A stretch of 32,000 nt of DNA from Candidatus Electronema halotolerans (GCA_942493095.1 OW818675.1:1440001-1472000); one strand, 5' to 3'. Shown: positions 1 through 10,041, numbered from the stretch's first letter. The notes: generated by a model not told the origin, from the letters alone. A program made the numbers and translations.

Positions 1-193
1 AGGCTGAGTTGGGAAAAGACTGAGAAAGTCCTTTGAGATCAAAGAAGCTGACAACAGCGAGCGTGTCAGCAGGCAGATAGTCGGCATAGTATGCGCTTTG
101 GGAGGATGGCGCAGAAAAATGTCGGTCTGTGTAATAAAAAATCGTGCCAGCAGCACTGGTCAGCAGAACAAACAACAGGCCGATCTTTTTCAT
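1..193 (-). CDS. 5' portion of a CDS running off the left window edge; hypothetical protein with hydrophobic N-terminal signal/anchor (MKKIGLLFVLLTSAAGTIFYYTDRHF...)
   Basis: ATG at 193-191 on the minus strand, with GGAG 7 nt upstream. My own translation is open to position 1 with no stop. It is absent from the ORF track, presumably because it is truncated. No family recognised. Confidence 0.45.
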   Translation of the reverse strand, partial: MKKIGLLFVLLTSAAGTIFYYTDRHFSAPSSQSAYYADYLPADTLAVVSFFDLKGLSQSFPNSA

Positions 194-314
194 CTTGCAT
201 CTCCAAGCGGCAGGGGAACAGCGCGGACGGGAAACAGAGGGATTGTACCTGAACGCGGGGGAAAGTCAACGCTGCGGCGAGGAATGCGGGGAAACACCGG
301 GCGGCCACAGGGAA

Positions 315-358
315 CCTCGAAAAATTGGCGTGTTGGGCAAGAGCAGTATTTTTCGAGG
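315..358. repeat. Perfect 11-bp inverted repeat CCTCGAAAAAT / ATTTTTCGAGG separated by 22 nt
   Basis: Read directly at 315-325 and 348-358. It lies 27 nt past the cytochrome stop codon on the minus strand. No T-tract follows, so it is not a canonical terminator. Confidence 0.8.
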
Positions 359-384
359 CACCCGTCAGAGACAAGAAACACCTC

Positions 385-1647
385 TTATTCGTCACATTGC
401 TCGGACTTGATGTAGTAGTCAAAGGTTAAGGTCTTGCTGACCTTTTTCCAGCACTCGCCGCCGCTTTTGCCGCCCTTGCCAACAGGCAATGTTTTCTTGA
501 AAATCGGATAAACTTTGTCATTCACGCCGTCCTTGGGAATGGCAAAGCCCTCGATTGCCGCAGGCGGAAAGAGCCGATAGATCAGAGCCACCTCCACTTC
601 TGTGATGGCCGGGTCGGCGAGCGGATAGGTCAGCGAGCGGGTTTCACCAGCTTTGAGCCGGGTGTCAAAGGCAACTGTCTCTGCCGCCCACGTGGGCACA
701 CCGCTCTGTTCGCCAGCCTTGAAGGCTTTGAAAAACAGGGCCTTTTTATCCTCCAGCGGACTGTCCTTGAAATTCGTCCAGAGCACCTTGCCTGCTTTGT
801 CCTTGGCAGTCACTTTGACAAAGGCCATCCGCATCGGATTGGTTGAAGGAAAGCTGTGCTCAATGATATTCTTGACCGTGATGGCAACCGCCTGCTGCTT
901 GCCCTCAGCCTGAATCTTCGCCTCCACGCTGACCGCCTTTTTCAGCATTTCCAGATCATGTCCGCCTGTCATCCGGTGCGACAAATGGGTGTCCCGTGAG
1001 GCAAAGAGCAGCACTGCGCCGCCCGGCACCGCCGGCATGTGGCAGGTGATGCAGTTGCTCTGTCCTTCCTCGCTCATGGCGCAGACCGCTACATTTTTTC
1101 CGTTGAACAAATGACTGTGGCAGCCCATGCAGACTTGGCCGTCACCAAAAAGCGACGACTGGGCTGTCTTGTGCAGAGCTTCTGGATTGGCCGGGCGGCT
1201 GGTGTGAAAGGCACCGTCCTGGTTGAGCCGATAGCGGCTGAACGGTTTCTGCTCAACAACCGCTTCAATCCGATGGCAGAAGGTGCAGCCAACGCCTTCG
1301 GCCTGGGTCCAGTTGCTGCTGTCCGGCTCGGCCTGACCTGCCATCAGCTCGGCCAAGTTGTCAGACATGGGCGCATGACAGCTGCCGCAGTGGTAATTGC
1401 CCTGTTTTCCCTGCGCCTTCATGGCCTTGACAAAAGCCTGATGCACGGCCTTGTGGGCTGAATCCTTATGCACTGAGGAAAGGGCATGGAAGGATTCCTG
1501 CCATTCCTGATAGATCGTGGCATGGCAGCCAGCGCACTGATTGGACTGTTCCAGCGGCACGGCTTTTTCCGGCAGCTCATGGGCCTGCGCTTGGGGCAGC
1601 CAGCAGCAGGACAACAGGACTGCTGAAAAGATCAAACGGCATTTCAT
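385..1647 (-). CDS. Exported pentaheme c-type cytochrome with a ~200-aa non-heme C-terminal domain
   Basis: 420-aa ORF. Signal peptide MKCRLIFSAVLLSCCWLPQAQA. Five CxxCH motifs (CAGCH, CGSCH, CTFCH, CMGCH, CITCH), all in the first ~205 residues. Confidence 0.85.
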   Translation of the reverse strand: MKCRLIFSAVLLSCCWLPQAQAHELPEKAVPLEQSNQCAGCHATIYQEWQESFHALSSVHKDSAHKAVHQAFVKAMKAQGKQGNYHCGSCHAPMSDNLAELMAGQAEPDSSNWTQAEGVGCTFCHRIEAVVEQKPFSRYRLNQDGAFHTSRPANPEALHKTAQSSLFGDGQVCMGCHSHLFNGKNVAVCAMSEEGQSNCITCHMPAVPGGAVLLFASRDTHLSHRMTGGHDLEMLKKAVSVEAKIQAEGKQQAVAITVKNIIEHSFPSTNPMRMAFVKVTAKDKAGKVLWTNFKDSPLEDKKALFFKAFKAGEQSGVPTWAAETVAFDTRLKAGETRSLTYPLADPAITEVEVALIYRLFPPAAIEGFAIPKDGVNDKVYPIFKKTLPVGKGGKSGGECWKKVSKTLTFDYYIKSEQCDE

Positions 1648-1718
1648 GCTGCATTCTCCTGTAACAAGTAAACACGTGGATTCAAGCTGAATCCAATTCG
1701 CAAATTATCCAGCCCGCA

Positions 1719-3170
1719 TCACTGGCCGGAGAGCTGTCGCTGCAGGCTGTGATAACGGTCCTTGGTGTAGTCGAGCATTTCCTTGGCACGTTGCAGCTTC
1801 TGACGCTCTCCCGGCACCACCAAGGTGTTAAGCGGTCCAATCTCTAAATCTCTGGCTTGCAGAATACGGTCGCGAAGGAAGCCAGCTTCATCGCCATCTT
1901 TCCAGCAGAGGAAGGACAGGTAGTCGCGCATGCGCTGACGCACCGCCTTCTTCGTTTCTGGGAAGCTGAACAGTTTATCAAATAGCGGGCGTGGCGCTTC
2001 AGCCACATCGGCGTAATCGTAGTTGCGATCTGGACCGCCTCGATTGTCGTAGTCGAACGTGTTGTCGAGGTCCCAGGTAATCAGTTTCCATTTTCCGCTG
2101 GGCTGGTGGAAATAGAGCACCTCATTGTTGAAGTTGCCATAGGCGCTGTCCCAATGCCCAACAGTGGTGGCCACGGCAGCATAGTTCATGATATTGTCCA
2201 TATCCAGCACTTGGGCCAGCTTTTCGGCAGTGTCCGCCGCAGCAAGTCGGGTGCGCAGCCCCTCAGCACCGGTGAGGTAAGCCTGGGCCGCCGTCCGCTG
2301 CTGATCGTCCTTTTCGTCAAATTTCTTGCCTTCTATGTATTTTGGTTCCAGACAGTACAGATTGAAGCCGCTGTCACCTTTCAGAGCGCAGCCATGAGAC
2401 ATGGCAAAGAAAGTGGGCTTGCTGTCATCATAGCGCATACGAAAGAAGTCTTTGTCTATGGACTCGGCTGCTAAGTAAACGCGGCGGAAGCGGTTGCCGC
2501 AATAAGTATCTTGGTCGTTTGCGCACAACTGAAATTCCACCAAAGCATAGGCAGTGCGATACACCGGAGCACCGCGCAACGTGGTGGGCTGCACCTGTTC
2601 GGCTTGAGCGGCTGCCCATGCGGCCACTCTTTCCCGAGTCAGCATGCCGTTGCCTGAGTCGTTATCTGAACTGGAATCGTTGTAACTGCGGCGCAGATTC
2701 AATTCCTCAAGGCCGAACAGGTCTCTTTTTTTGATTGCGGCCTTGGTCGCATCATCGTATTGCACCTCATGCCACGGTTCATTGCCCTGCCGGGAATAAA
2801 CTCCATGCGTGCGGTTCAAATCCACCTTGAACTGTAGGCGCGGAATGCAACGGGAGCTGTTGCCTCGGACTTTAAGAGCGGCATCTTTAAAGGCAATGCC
2901 GTTGAAAACGAAATAGCGAACATGCACCCATTTCACGTCGTCGGTCTTTTCGCAGCCGTGGTTTTTCTCGTCATCATGGAGCTGATTCCAACTCGCTTGG
3001 TTCATCTTGATATAAATGCGATGAACCTGATCATTAAAAAGCTTTTCTTGGGTCAGATTCCAAAGATTTTCCCCTTTGTTGGCCCAAGCAGCCGACAATG
3101 GAGCTACCCATAAAGGCAGGAAAATCAGAAACAGCAACGTGCGGACACGTTTTCCCATGAAAACTTTCAT
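1719..3170 (-). CDS. Secreted CotH-family (atypical protein kinase-like) protein
   Basis: The ORF track gives 1719..3293 from a TTG. I prefer the ATG at 3170 (residue 42), which has a GGGAAAG purine-rich stretch upstream and starts a signal peptide, MKVFMGKRVRTLLFLIFLPLWVAPLSAAWA. The C-terminal motif GHWDSAYGNFNNEVLYFHQPSGKWKLITWDLDNTFDY matches my recollection of the CotH signature (HWD...NNyyLY...WxxIpWDLDxtF). Confidence 0.7.
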   Translation of the reverse strand: MKVFMGKRVRTLLFLIFLPLWVAPLSAAWANKGENLWNLTQEKLFNDQVHRIYIKMNQASWNQLHDDEKNHGCEKTDDVKWVHVRYFVFNGIAFKDAALKVRGNSSRCIPRLQFKVDLNRTHGVYSRQGNEPWHEVQYDDATKAAIKKRDLFGLEELNLRRSYNDSSSDNDSGNGMLTRERVAAWAAAQAEQVQPTTLRGAPVYRTAYALVEFQLCANDQDTYCGNRFRRVYLAAESIDKDFFRMRYDDSKPTFFAMSHGCALKGDSGFNLYCLEPKYIEGKKFDEKDDQQRTAAQAYLTGAEGLRTRLAAADTAEKLAQVLDMDNIMNYAAVATTVGHWDSAYGNFNNEVLYFHQPSGKWKLITWDLDNTFDYDNRGGPDRNYDYADVAEAPRPLFDKLFSFPETKKAVRQRMRDYLSFLCWKDGDEAGFLRDRILQARDLEIGPLNTLVVPGERQKLQRAKEMLDYTKDRYHSLQRQLSGQ

Positions 3171-3237
3171 GATTCTTTCCCTTTGATGGTGATCCGTCCC
3201 TCTTGAAGTCAGCCTTTTGAGGCTGTAATTCATTTTT

Positions 3238-3633
3238 TTACTTCTCAATCGACAGCACCGCAATGTATGAATCCATGTCAATCGTCTGATCAACTTCAGG
3301 ATGCGGCTTCAGCTCCTTGAGCGTGATTTTGGCCTTATTGTAGGGATAGGTCTGCTGAAACTGAGGATTGGTGTTCAGCACTGCGACCTGATTGCCATCG
3401 CCAGTCAGCTCCAGCACGATTTCCGCATTGCCTGCCCATGAACATTCACTGCCGCTCGGACAGCGCGAGTCGCTGGTGACAGCGGAAAAATGAATGACCG
3501 TGCCTTGTTCAGCCACAGTGCCATTGTATTGCAGTTCAATGATCTTGGGCGGAGTCGGCTCTTCCGGTTCGCTCTTGGCGCAGGAAACCATCAGCACGGC
3601 CAGACAGCAGCAGAACAGCAGCATCTTGTTCAT
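3238..3633 (-). CDS. Small lipoprotein, unknown function
   Basis: 131 aa. Signal peptide with lipobox (LAVLMVSC|AKSEPEEP). ATGA overlap with the upstream kinase stop (3630-3633). Conserved-looking SDSRCPSGSECSWAG motif. Confidence 0.7.
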   Translation of the reverse strand: MNKMLLFCCCLAVLMVSCAKSEPEEPTPPKIIELQYNGTVAEQGTVIHFSAVTSDSRCPSGSECSWAGNAEIVLELTGDGNQVAVLNTNPQFQQTYPYNKAKITLKELKPHPEVDQTIDMDSYIAVLSIEK

Positions 3634-4727
3634 CTTTTCTCCTTTTCTTGTTGGTTGCTTGAATGGGGCGCAAGACCGCAGTCCGCCGCAATCCGCATCA
3701 GGCTACTATATTGATTTTCCATGGAACGCACCAGCGCAAACTGCACTCTGGCCCGAAAAAGGTTCTGCTCCGGGTGATCAGCCTTAAAGTAGCGGCTGCC
3801 TGCCAGATAGTCGCTGTAAAAGCGCAGGCCCAGTTCCAAGCTGATCAGACGGACACTGGCGACGAGCAGCCGTTGGTCTTCATTTGCAAGCAATTCGGCA
3901 GCTTGTGATAAATACCCGGTCAGCACAGCAGCGAAGAGATTGCAGTCGAAAAAAATTTTTTCAGGATGCTGCACGTCCTCGCCGCAAGGATTGCAGCAGG
4001 AACGTAGGCAGTCGCCGAGATCGTGGAGCAGCAGTCCCGGCTTGACCGTGTCCAAGTCAATCAGGCTGACAACCCGCTGACCGTCCAGCGAAAAAAGGAA
4101 ATTGCCGACCTTGGGATCGCCGTGAACAGTCTGCTCCGTGATTGCTCCCTGCTGACGGGCTTCTTCCAGCAGGCGCATGTCCGTTCTGCGCTCCTCGATG
4201 AAGGCGCGGCAGTCCGCAGCCTGCGGCTGGCAGACGTTTGGCATCAGGGTGTCATAAGCAGCTAAATACTCAATCGTGTTATGGAAACCGGGCAAGGTGT
4301 CAGCCAATGGCGGAGGCGGCAGATCAGCCAGCAACGTGTGAAAGCGGCCAAGGGCGGCCCCAATTTCCTGCGCCTGCGCCGGGCTGCTGATCGATGCCAG
4401 CGTCCCTGTTCCCTCAAGATACGTGAGCAGCCGCCACCATCCGCCGCTGCGGTCTTGCCAAGCGGTCTTGCCTGCCGGGCTGCGGAGCACCTCAAAGCTG
4501 TTGCAGCCGCCTTTCCGCAGATGTTCCGTCACCCGGCAAAGGTTTTGCTGCACCAAGGCTGGCTCAGGAAAGACCGCTGGATTGAGCCGCTGGAGCACGT
4601 AGTTCTCTTGCGCAGCGGTAGTAACCAGCCATGTGCTGTTGATCCGGCCATCGCCCAACGGTGTGAACGAGGCCAATTTTGCCTTGGCCCGGAAAAAAGC
4701 AAAGGCCTGCTGGCAGAGATCAGGCAT
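3630..4727 (-). CDS. Aminoglycoside-phosphotransferase (APH)/NahK-like small-molecule kinase family protein
   Basis: Catalytic-loop-like VHGDPKVGNFLF followed by SLIDLDTV, the H-x-D-x4-N plus DxD arrangement typical of the APH fold. Start chosen at ATG 4727 (MPDLCQQ...), which overlaps the mazG-like stop by 8 nt (ATGCCTGA). The ORF-track start at 4796 would run into the upstream gene. Confidence 0.75.
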   Translation of the reverse strand: MPDLCQQAFAFFRAKAKLASFTPLGDGRINSTWLVTTAAQENYVLQRLNPAVFPEPALVQQNLCRVTEHLRKGGCNSFEVLRSPAGKTAWQDRSGGWWRLLTYLEGTGTLASISSPAQAQEIGAALGRFHTLLADLPPPPLADTLPGFHNTIEYLAAYDTLMPNVCQPQAADCRAFIEERRTDMRLLEEARQQGAITEQTVHGDPKVGNFLFSLDGQRVVSLIDLDTVKPGLLLHDLGDCLRSCCNPCGEDVQHPEKIFFDCNLFAAVLTGYLSQAAELLANEDQRLLVASVRLISLELGLRFYSDYLAGSRYFKADHPEQNLFRARVQFALVRSMENQYSSLMRIAADCGLAPHSSNQQEKEKR

Positions 4728-5049
4728 CACCTTGCCTTGCCGGATATTTGTCCGCATTGAGGACCACTTTGTGCCGGGCCGCAGCGAGCAGGTCAATATC
4801 CAAACGGTCAGCCATGCGCACCAAGTAAATCAGCACATCAGCCATTTCCAAGGCAACCGCCTCATGTTGTTCTTCGCTCAACGCAAGGCTCTGCGCCTGA
4901 GTCAGCCATTGAAAATGCTCAGTCAGCTCGGCGACCTCAACGCTCAGGGCCATAGCCAGATTTTTCGGACTGTGAAACTGCTCCCAGTCACGTTCAGCAG
5001 CAAATTTGCGGAGGAAGATTGCCAGTTCGGCCAGAGAATTGAAGGGCAT
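4720..5049 (-). CDS. MazG-type nucleotide pyrophosphohydrolase (small single-domain, YpjD/dCTPase-like)
   Basis: 109 aa. FAAERDWEQFHSPKNLAMALSVEVAELTEHFQW and ...EMADVLIYLVRMADRLDIDL are the classic EExxE/D helices of the all-alpha NTP-PPase fold. Confidence 0.85.
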   Translation of the reverse strand: MPFNSLAELAIFLRKFAAERDWEQFHSPKNLAMALSVEVAELTEHFQWLTQAQSLALSEEQHEAVALEMADVLIYLVRMADRLDIDLLAAARHKVVLNADKYPARQGDA

Positions 5050-5054
5050 GATCG

Positions 5055-5083
5055 AAAAAAAAGGGCAGGCGGACAGCCTGCCC
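5055..5083 (-). terminator. Rho-independent terminator of htrA
   Basis: The minus strand reads GGGCAGGC-tgtcc-GCCTGCCC followed by T8. It lies 29 nt after the htrA stop. Confidence 0.75.
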
Positions 5084-5111
5084 CCAGTGGTTTCAGACGG
5101 ATATGCCGTCC

Positions 5112-6587
5112 TTATTCATCGGCTTCATACTTGAGGGCCACATACTTGCTGAACTCGCCGGTGCGGATGCGCAGCAGCACCTGATCAGAATTTTCGCCCT
5201 TGCTCAGGGCATCCTTGAGTTCAGACAGGTTATGCACCCGCACCCGGTTGACCTCCTCAATGAGCTGGCCCGGCTCAATGCCGACATTGTCAGCCGGACT
5301 GCCCTGCTCCACCTCAGTGACGATCACGCCTTGGCCGCTGTGATAGCCGAACTGCGCGGCCAGCTCAGGGGTCAGGTCTTGGAGCTGGAGGCCCAGCTTG
5401 TCCAGCAGCGAGCCATGCTGGAGCCGCATCTTCATTTTGGCCCGGCGGCTGAAGTCAGCAGGCTGCTCGGCAATCAGCACCTGCACCTGCTGCTGCTGGC
5501 TGTTGCGGATGATGTCCAATGTGACCGTGCTGCCGGGCGCAGTCATGGCGACCCGATTGCGCAGGTCGTTGACATCAGTCAATTTCGAGCCATTTAAGGA
5601 AAGAATGACATCGCCCTGCTTGAGTCCGGCTTTTTCTGCGGGCGCGTCAGGAGTCACTTCGGAAACGAGAATGCCTTCCGCTTTGGCCAGACCAAAGGAC
5701 TGGGCGAGATTTTCGTCCACATCCTGAATGATCAGGCCCAGCCAGCCCCGGATCACCTTGCCGTGGCTGCGGAGCTGCTCCTCCACGGTCTTGGCCATGT
5801 TGATGGGAATGGCCAGGCCGATGCCCATGTAGCCGCCGGTGCGGGAGAGAATGGCGCTGTTGATGCCCACAGCCTCACCCCGGATATTGAGCAGCGGCCC
5901 GCCGGAGTTGCCCGGATTGATGGCCGCGTCAGTCTGAATGAAGTTCTCGTACTCGCTGACTCCCATGCCGTTGCGGCCTTTGGCGGAAACCACGCCCACG
6001 GTCACGCTCTGGCTCAGTTCAAAAGGGCTGCCAATGGCGATCACCCATTCACCCACTTCCAGCTGGTTGGAGTCGCCCAGCGGCAGGGTGGGCAGATTGT
6101 CCGCGTCAATTTTGATCAGGGCCACATCTGACTGAGGGTCCGTGCCCACCACTTTGGCCGTGAACTCGCGCTTGTCCGCCAGCTTGACCTTGATATCGTC
6201 CACATCCTCAACCACATGATTGTTGGTGAGGATCAAGCCGTCCGGCGAGATGATGAAGCCTGAGCCTGCGCCCTCCTCCCGCTCTTCCTGCTGCCGCTGC
6301 CGGGGCATCTGGTACTGCTCAAAGTGGTCCCCAAAAAAACGGCGCAGAAAATCTTCCGGGACTCCCATCCTGCCGTTGCTGAATCCTTTCAGGTCCTTTT
6401 CCACTCTGATATAGACCACTGCCGGTCCAGCTGCTTTGACCACAGCGCTGAACGCCTTGCCGGTGCGCTCCAGCATGAGCGTGTTGCTGTCCTGGGCAAA
6501 GGCAGGCAGCCCGGAGGACAGGCAGAGACAGAGAAAACAGGCCGCAATAAACCACGGTCTGACCAAGGTGTTTTGTTGACTGCTCAT
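5112..6587 (-). CDS. htrA: Periplasmic serine endoprotease DegP/HtrA family (protease domain plus two PDZ domains)
   Basis: 491 aa with a signal peptide. Catalytic motifs ILTNNHVV (His), SDVALIKI (Asp) and GNSGGPL (Ser). Two PDZ-like segments. GGAG RBS 9 nt upstream of the ATG at 6587. Confidence 0.95.
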   Translation of the reverse strand: MSSQQNTLVRPWFIAACFLCLCLSSGLPAFAQDSNTLMLERTGKAFSAVVKAAGPAVVYIRVEKDLKGFSNGRMGVPEDFLRRFFGDHFEQYQMPRQRQQEEREEGAGSGFIISPDGLILTNNHVVEDVDDIKVKLADKREFTAKVVGTDPQSDVALIKIDADNLPTLPLGDSNQLEVGEWVIAIGSPFELSQSVTVGVVSAKGRNGMGVSEYENFIQTDAAINPGNSGGPLLNIRGEAVGINSAILSRTGGYMGIGLAIPINMAKTVEEQLRSHGKVIRGWLGLIIQDVDENLAQSFGLAKAEGILVSEVTPDAPAEKAGLKQGDVILSLNGSKLTDVNDLRNRVAMTAPGSTVTLDIIRNSQQQQVQVLIAEQPADFSRRAKMKMRLQHGSLLDKLGLQLQDLTPELAAQFGYHSGQGVIVTEVEQGSPADNVGIEPGQLIEEVNRVRVHNLSELKDALSKGENSDQVLLRIRTGEFSKYVALKYEADE

Positions 6588-6852
6588 TGTGCAGCTCCAC
6601 GGTTAAAGGGGATTAGGGAGATATGCAGGGGAGGAAACCCTTCCCTTTCCTGGCCTGCGGACTGGCCTATACTTTTATACGCGCCGCCGGAATCGTCAAG
6701 AGGAACTGCGCTGTTTTTCAGCAGCCGTCTGTTTTTCATTATTGTGGACAGAAGGATGAAAACTTACATTTTTGCAGCAACAAGACAGGGCGCGGCGATG
6801 CTGTTCTTTTCAATATGTTATTATATCAAATAGTTGTGGTGGTATTTCAAAA

Positions 6853-6868
6853 CGGCACAATTTTTGCT
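6853..6868 (+). promoter_or_regulatory. Sigma54 (-24/-12) promoter candidate upstream of glnB
   Basis: cGGCACaatttTTGCTg matches the consensus TGGCAC-N5-TTGCW. GG is at 6854-6855 and GC at 6866-6867, exactly 12 nt apart. It points toward glnB, ~275 nt upstream of its ATG. Confidence 0.5.
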
Positions 6869-7047
6869 GCCCCGAAACAAAACTGTTCTGTTTGCGGCAA
6901 AGAAAGCTGTTGCAGGGCGGCAGTCCGTGTGTTTGAAAATGGCCCTTGAAGAAAAATTTCTTTTTTGTTATGATTCTGTTCATTTCGCTTACAACTTTGC
7001 AAGTATTTGCGCGAAAAAGGAAAAACGGAGCATCCCGCTCTTTGAGG

Positions 7048-7076
7048 CTGACAATCTGATAATAACTGTTTCTAAT
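7048..7076 (+). promoter_or_regulatory. Possible proximal sigma70 promoter for glnB
   Basis: CTGACA, 17 nt, TCTAAT: one mismatch in each hexamer. It lies 65 nt upstream of the glnB ATG. Weak evidence, pattern only. Confidence 0.3.
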
Positions 7077-7108
7077 TTCCGCGCCGCGCAGTATGGTGCT
7101 GGCTGTGA

Positions 7109-7479
<371 letters not shown>

Positions 7480-7480
<1 letters not shown>

Positions 7481-10041
7481 TGCAGAGCAAGCCGCAGGCC
7501 CGGCAGGAGGCTCTGGAGCAGCTCTGGCAGCAGGGCCTGCACGGCCATGAGCTGCTGACCAAGCACACAGAGCTGGTTGACCGCTTCATAATTGACCGCT
7601 TTGCCGCCTCCGCCGCAGTCCAGCAGGCAGGCAGCGGCATTGCCCTGATCGCCTTGGGCGGCTATGGCCGTCAGGAGCTGTATCCCTTTTCCGACATTGA
7701 CCTGCTTCTTCTCCATGAGCGCAAGGCCAGGAAATTCATGCCGGAGGCGGCGGAATCCATTCTCTATCCGCTCTGGGATGCAGGCTTTGAGGTTGGTCAC
7801 AGCGTGCGCACGGTCAAAGATGCGGTCAGCTTTGCCCGCGAGGACTTCATTTTTCAGGTTTCGCTGCTGGATGCCCGCCTGTTGGCCGGTTCAGAGACGC
7901 TGCATCAGGAGCTGCTCAAGCTGTACCGGAAAAAGGTCTTGGACGGCGGTCGGGAGCAGTTTGTCCGCACCATGGACACGATGTGCTCGGAACGCCGTCA
8001 GAAATACGGCACCCATGCCTATCTGCTCGAACCCAATATCAAGGAAGGCCGGGGCGGAATGCGGGACATTCAGGCCATGCTCTGGACGGCCAAGGCCGTG
8101 TTCGGCTTGAATGGCTTGGCGGATTTGGAAGATGCCGGTCTGCTGACTGCCGAGGAGCGGCAGGCCTTTGCCGCAGCCTGGGACATGCTGGCCAAAGTGC
8201 GCAACCGGCTTCATTATCTCAGCCGCCGCCACAACGACCAGCTCTATTTTGAGCATCAGGAGGAAATGGCTGCCGCTTTCGGCTGTCAGGATCAGGACGG
8301 CATCTTGGCGGTCGAGCATTTCATGCGCCAAATCTATCAGCAGCTCCAGACCGTGGCCGTGACTACGGATTTGTTTTTTGAGCAGGTGCATGAAAATCTC
8401 GGTCTGACTGGTCGGGGAGCAAAAGAGCAGGAGCTGGAAGCGGATATTGCCGTCCGGGCTGGCACTTTGCGGCTGGCCGTCACTGATGCCGGGCTGGCCA
8501 AGCGGCCCCTGCTGCTGCTGCGCCTTTTCCTGCAAGCGGGCCGCAGCAATCTGCCGATTCATCACCGCAGCCGCCAGCTCGTCAGCCGCAATCTCCACCT
8601 TGCTGACGAGGAGTTCCGCTCCTCGAAACGAACCGCCAAAGCCTTTGCCAGCCTGCTCCTGAGCGGCAATGCCCCGCCCGCTTTGGAAGCCATGCTGGAA
8701 ACCGGCCTGCTGCCTGCCTACATCCCTGAATTCGCCAAAGTTGAATCGCTGGCCCAGCACGATCTCTACCATATTTACACAGTTGACCGGCATCAGATTC
8801 AGACCGTGGGCGAGCTGGATCAGCTCCGCCAGACCGAGCCTGAGCTTTTTGCTGATCTGACCGCCCCGCATCTGCTCTATTTAGCCGCCCTGCTCCATGA
8901 TATTGGCAAAGGCCAGCAGAGCGATCATTCTGTGCTGGGCGCGGACAAAGCCGCTGCTGTGGCCGCGAGAATGGGCTATGCTGCTGAGGAGCAGGAAACA
9001 CTGGCCTTTCTCATCCGGCACCATCTCTTTCTCCCGGAAAACGCCCTCCGCCGCGACCTGAGCGACCGCGACTTCATCCGCGAGGCCGCTGAAATGATCG
9101 GCGACACCAAGCGGCTGCTCATGCTCCATCTGCTCTCGGTTGCGGATTCCAAAGCCACTGGCCCGTCGGCTTGGTCAGATTGGAAAGCCTCCCTTATGAC
9201 TGATCTCTTCCTCAAGCTGCGGGCCTGCTTGGACGCAGGCTGCACGGTCGCGGCAGAGCAGGATGCACACGCAGCCCAAGGCGAGGAATGGCTGCGCGAG
9301 CAGGTGAAAAATCTGCTTCAGCCGGAAGGGCGGCTGCGGATTGCCGTGGAAGACCTGCCTGCCGATTATCTGACCACCTTCACTTCAGACAGCGTGCTCC
9401 GCCATCTGCGCCTGCACCGCGATCAGGCGGCCTTGCTCCAGCAAAAAGTGCTGCTCTTTCCAGAGGAGCAGCATGGCTCATGGTCGCTGCTCATGCTCTG
9501 CCAGGACCGGCAGGGCCTGCTGGCCAAGCTCTGCGGAGTGCTGGCCCTGCACAATCTCTCTGTGCTGGCGGCCCGAATTTTCACCTGGCCAGACGGCACA
9601 GTGGTGGATGTGCTGGACCTGCTGCCCCAAGCTGAGATCAATTTTGTCGAGCAGGACTGGCAGCGGCTGGAAAGCGATCTCAACCGGGCGGTCAATTATC
9701 GTCTGGATGTCGGTTTCCAGCTCCACAGCAAGCTGGAACGCCTTGGCCAAGTGCGCCGGGTGCAGCAGACCAAGAACGAAGTCCTGATCAGCAATGAGGC
9801 CTCCCGCGACTACACGGTGATTGAGGTCTATGGCGGCGATCAGCCCGGCACCCTCTATCAGCTCACCCAAACTTTGTCTGATTTCCGCCTGAGCATCCAT
9901 CGGGCCAGAATCGCCACTGAGGTGGAGCAGCTGATTGACATATTTTATGTGACAGCGGAAAACCGCCGCAAGGTTGAAGACCCGGCCCTGCTGGACCAGG
10001 TCAGACATGCCCTGCTGCATGTCATCTGCGAGGAAGAGTGA
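7480..10041 (+). CDS. glnD: [Protein-PII] uridylyltransferase/uridylyl-removing enzyme
   Basis: 853 aa. Nucleotidyltransferase motif GGYGRQELYPFSDIDLLLL, HD-domain region AALLHDIGKG, and two ACT-like repeats at the C-terminus. Its ATG shares one base with the glnB stop (TGATG at 7478-7482). Confidence 0.93.

Noticed and set aside
66-422. Overlapping ORFs 66..422(-), 98..415(+), 144..410(+) and 190..381(-)
   Set aside because: Four mutually overlapping frames with Arg/Gly/Pro-rich nonsense-like products. The region is better explained as an intergenic repeat region plus the 5' end of the truncated gene at 1..193.
7891-8871. 326-aa ORF on the minus strand inside glnD, and similar long antisense ORFs at 8582..9001 and 9478..10053
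   Set aside because: They are antisense to a strongly supported gene. They have Arg/Ala/Gly-rich low-complexity composition typical of spurious ORFs in high-GC DNA, with no motifs and no RBS.
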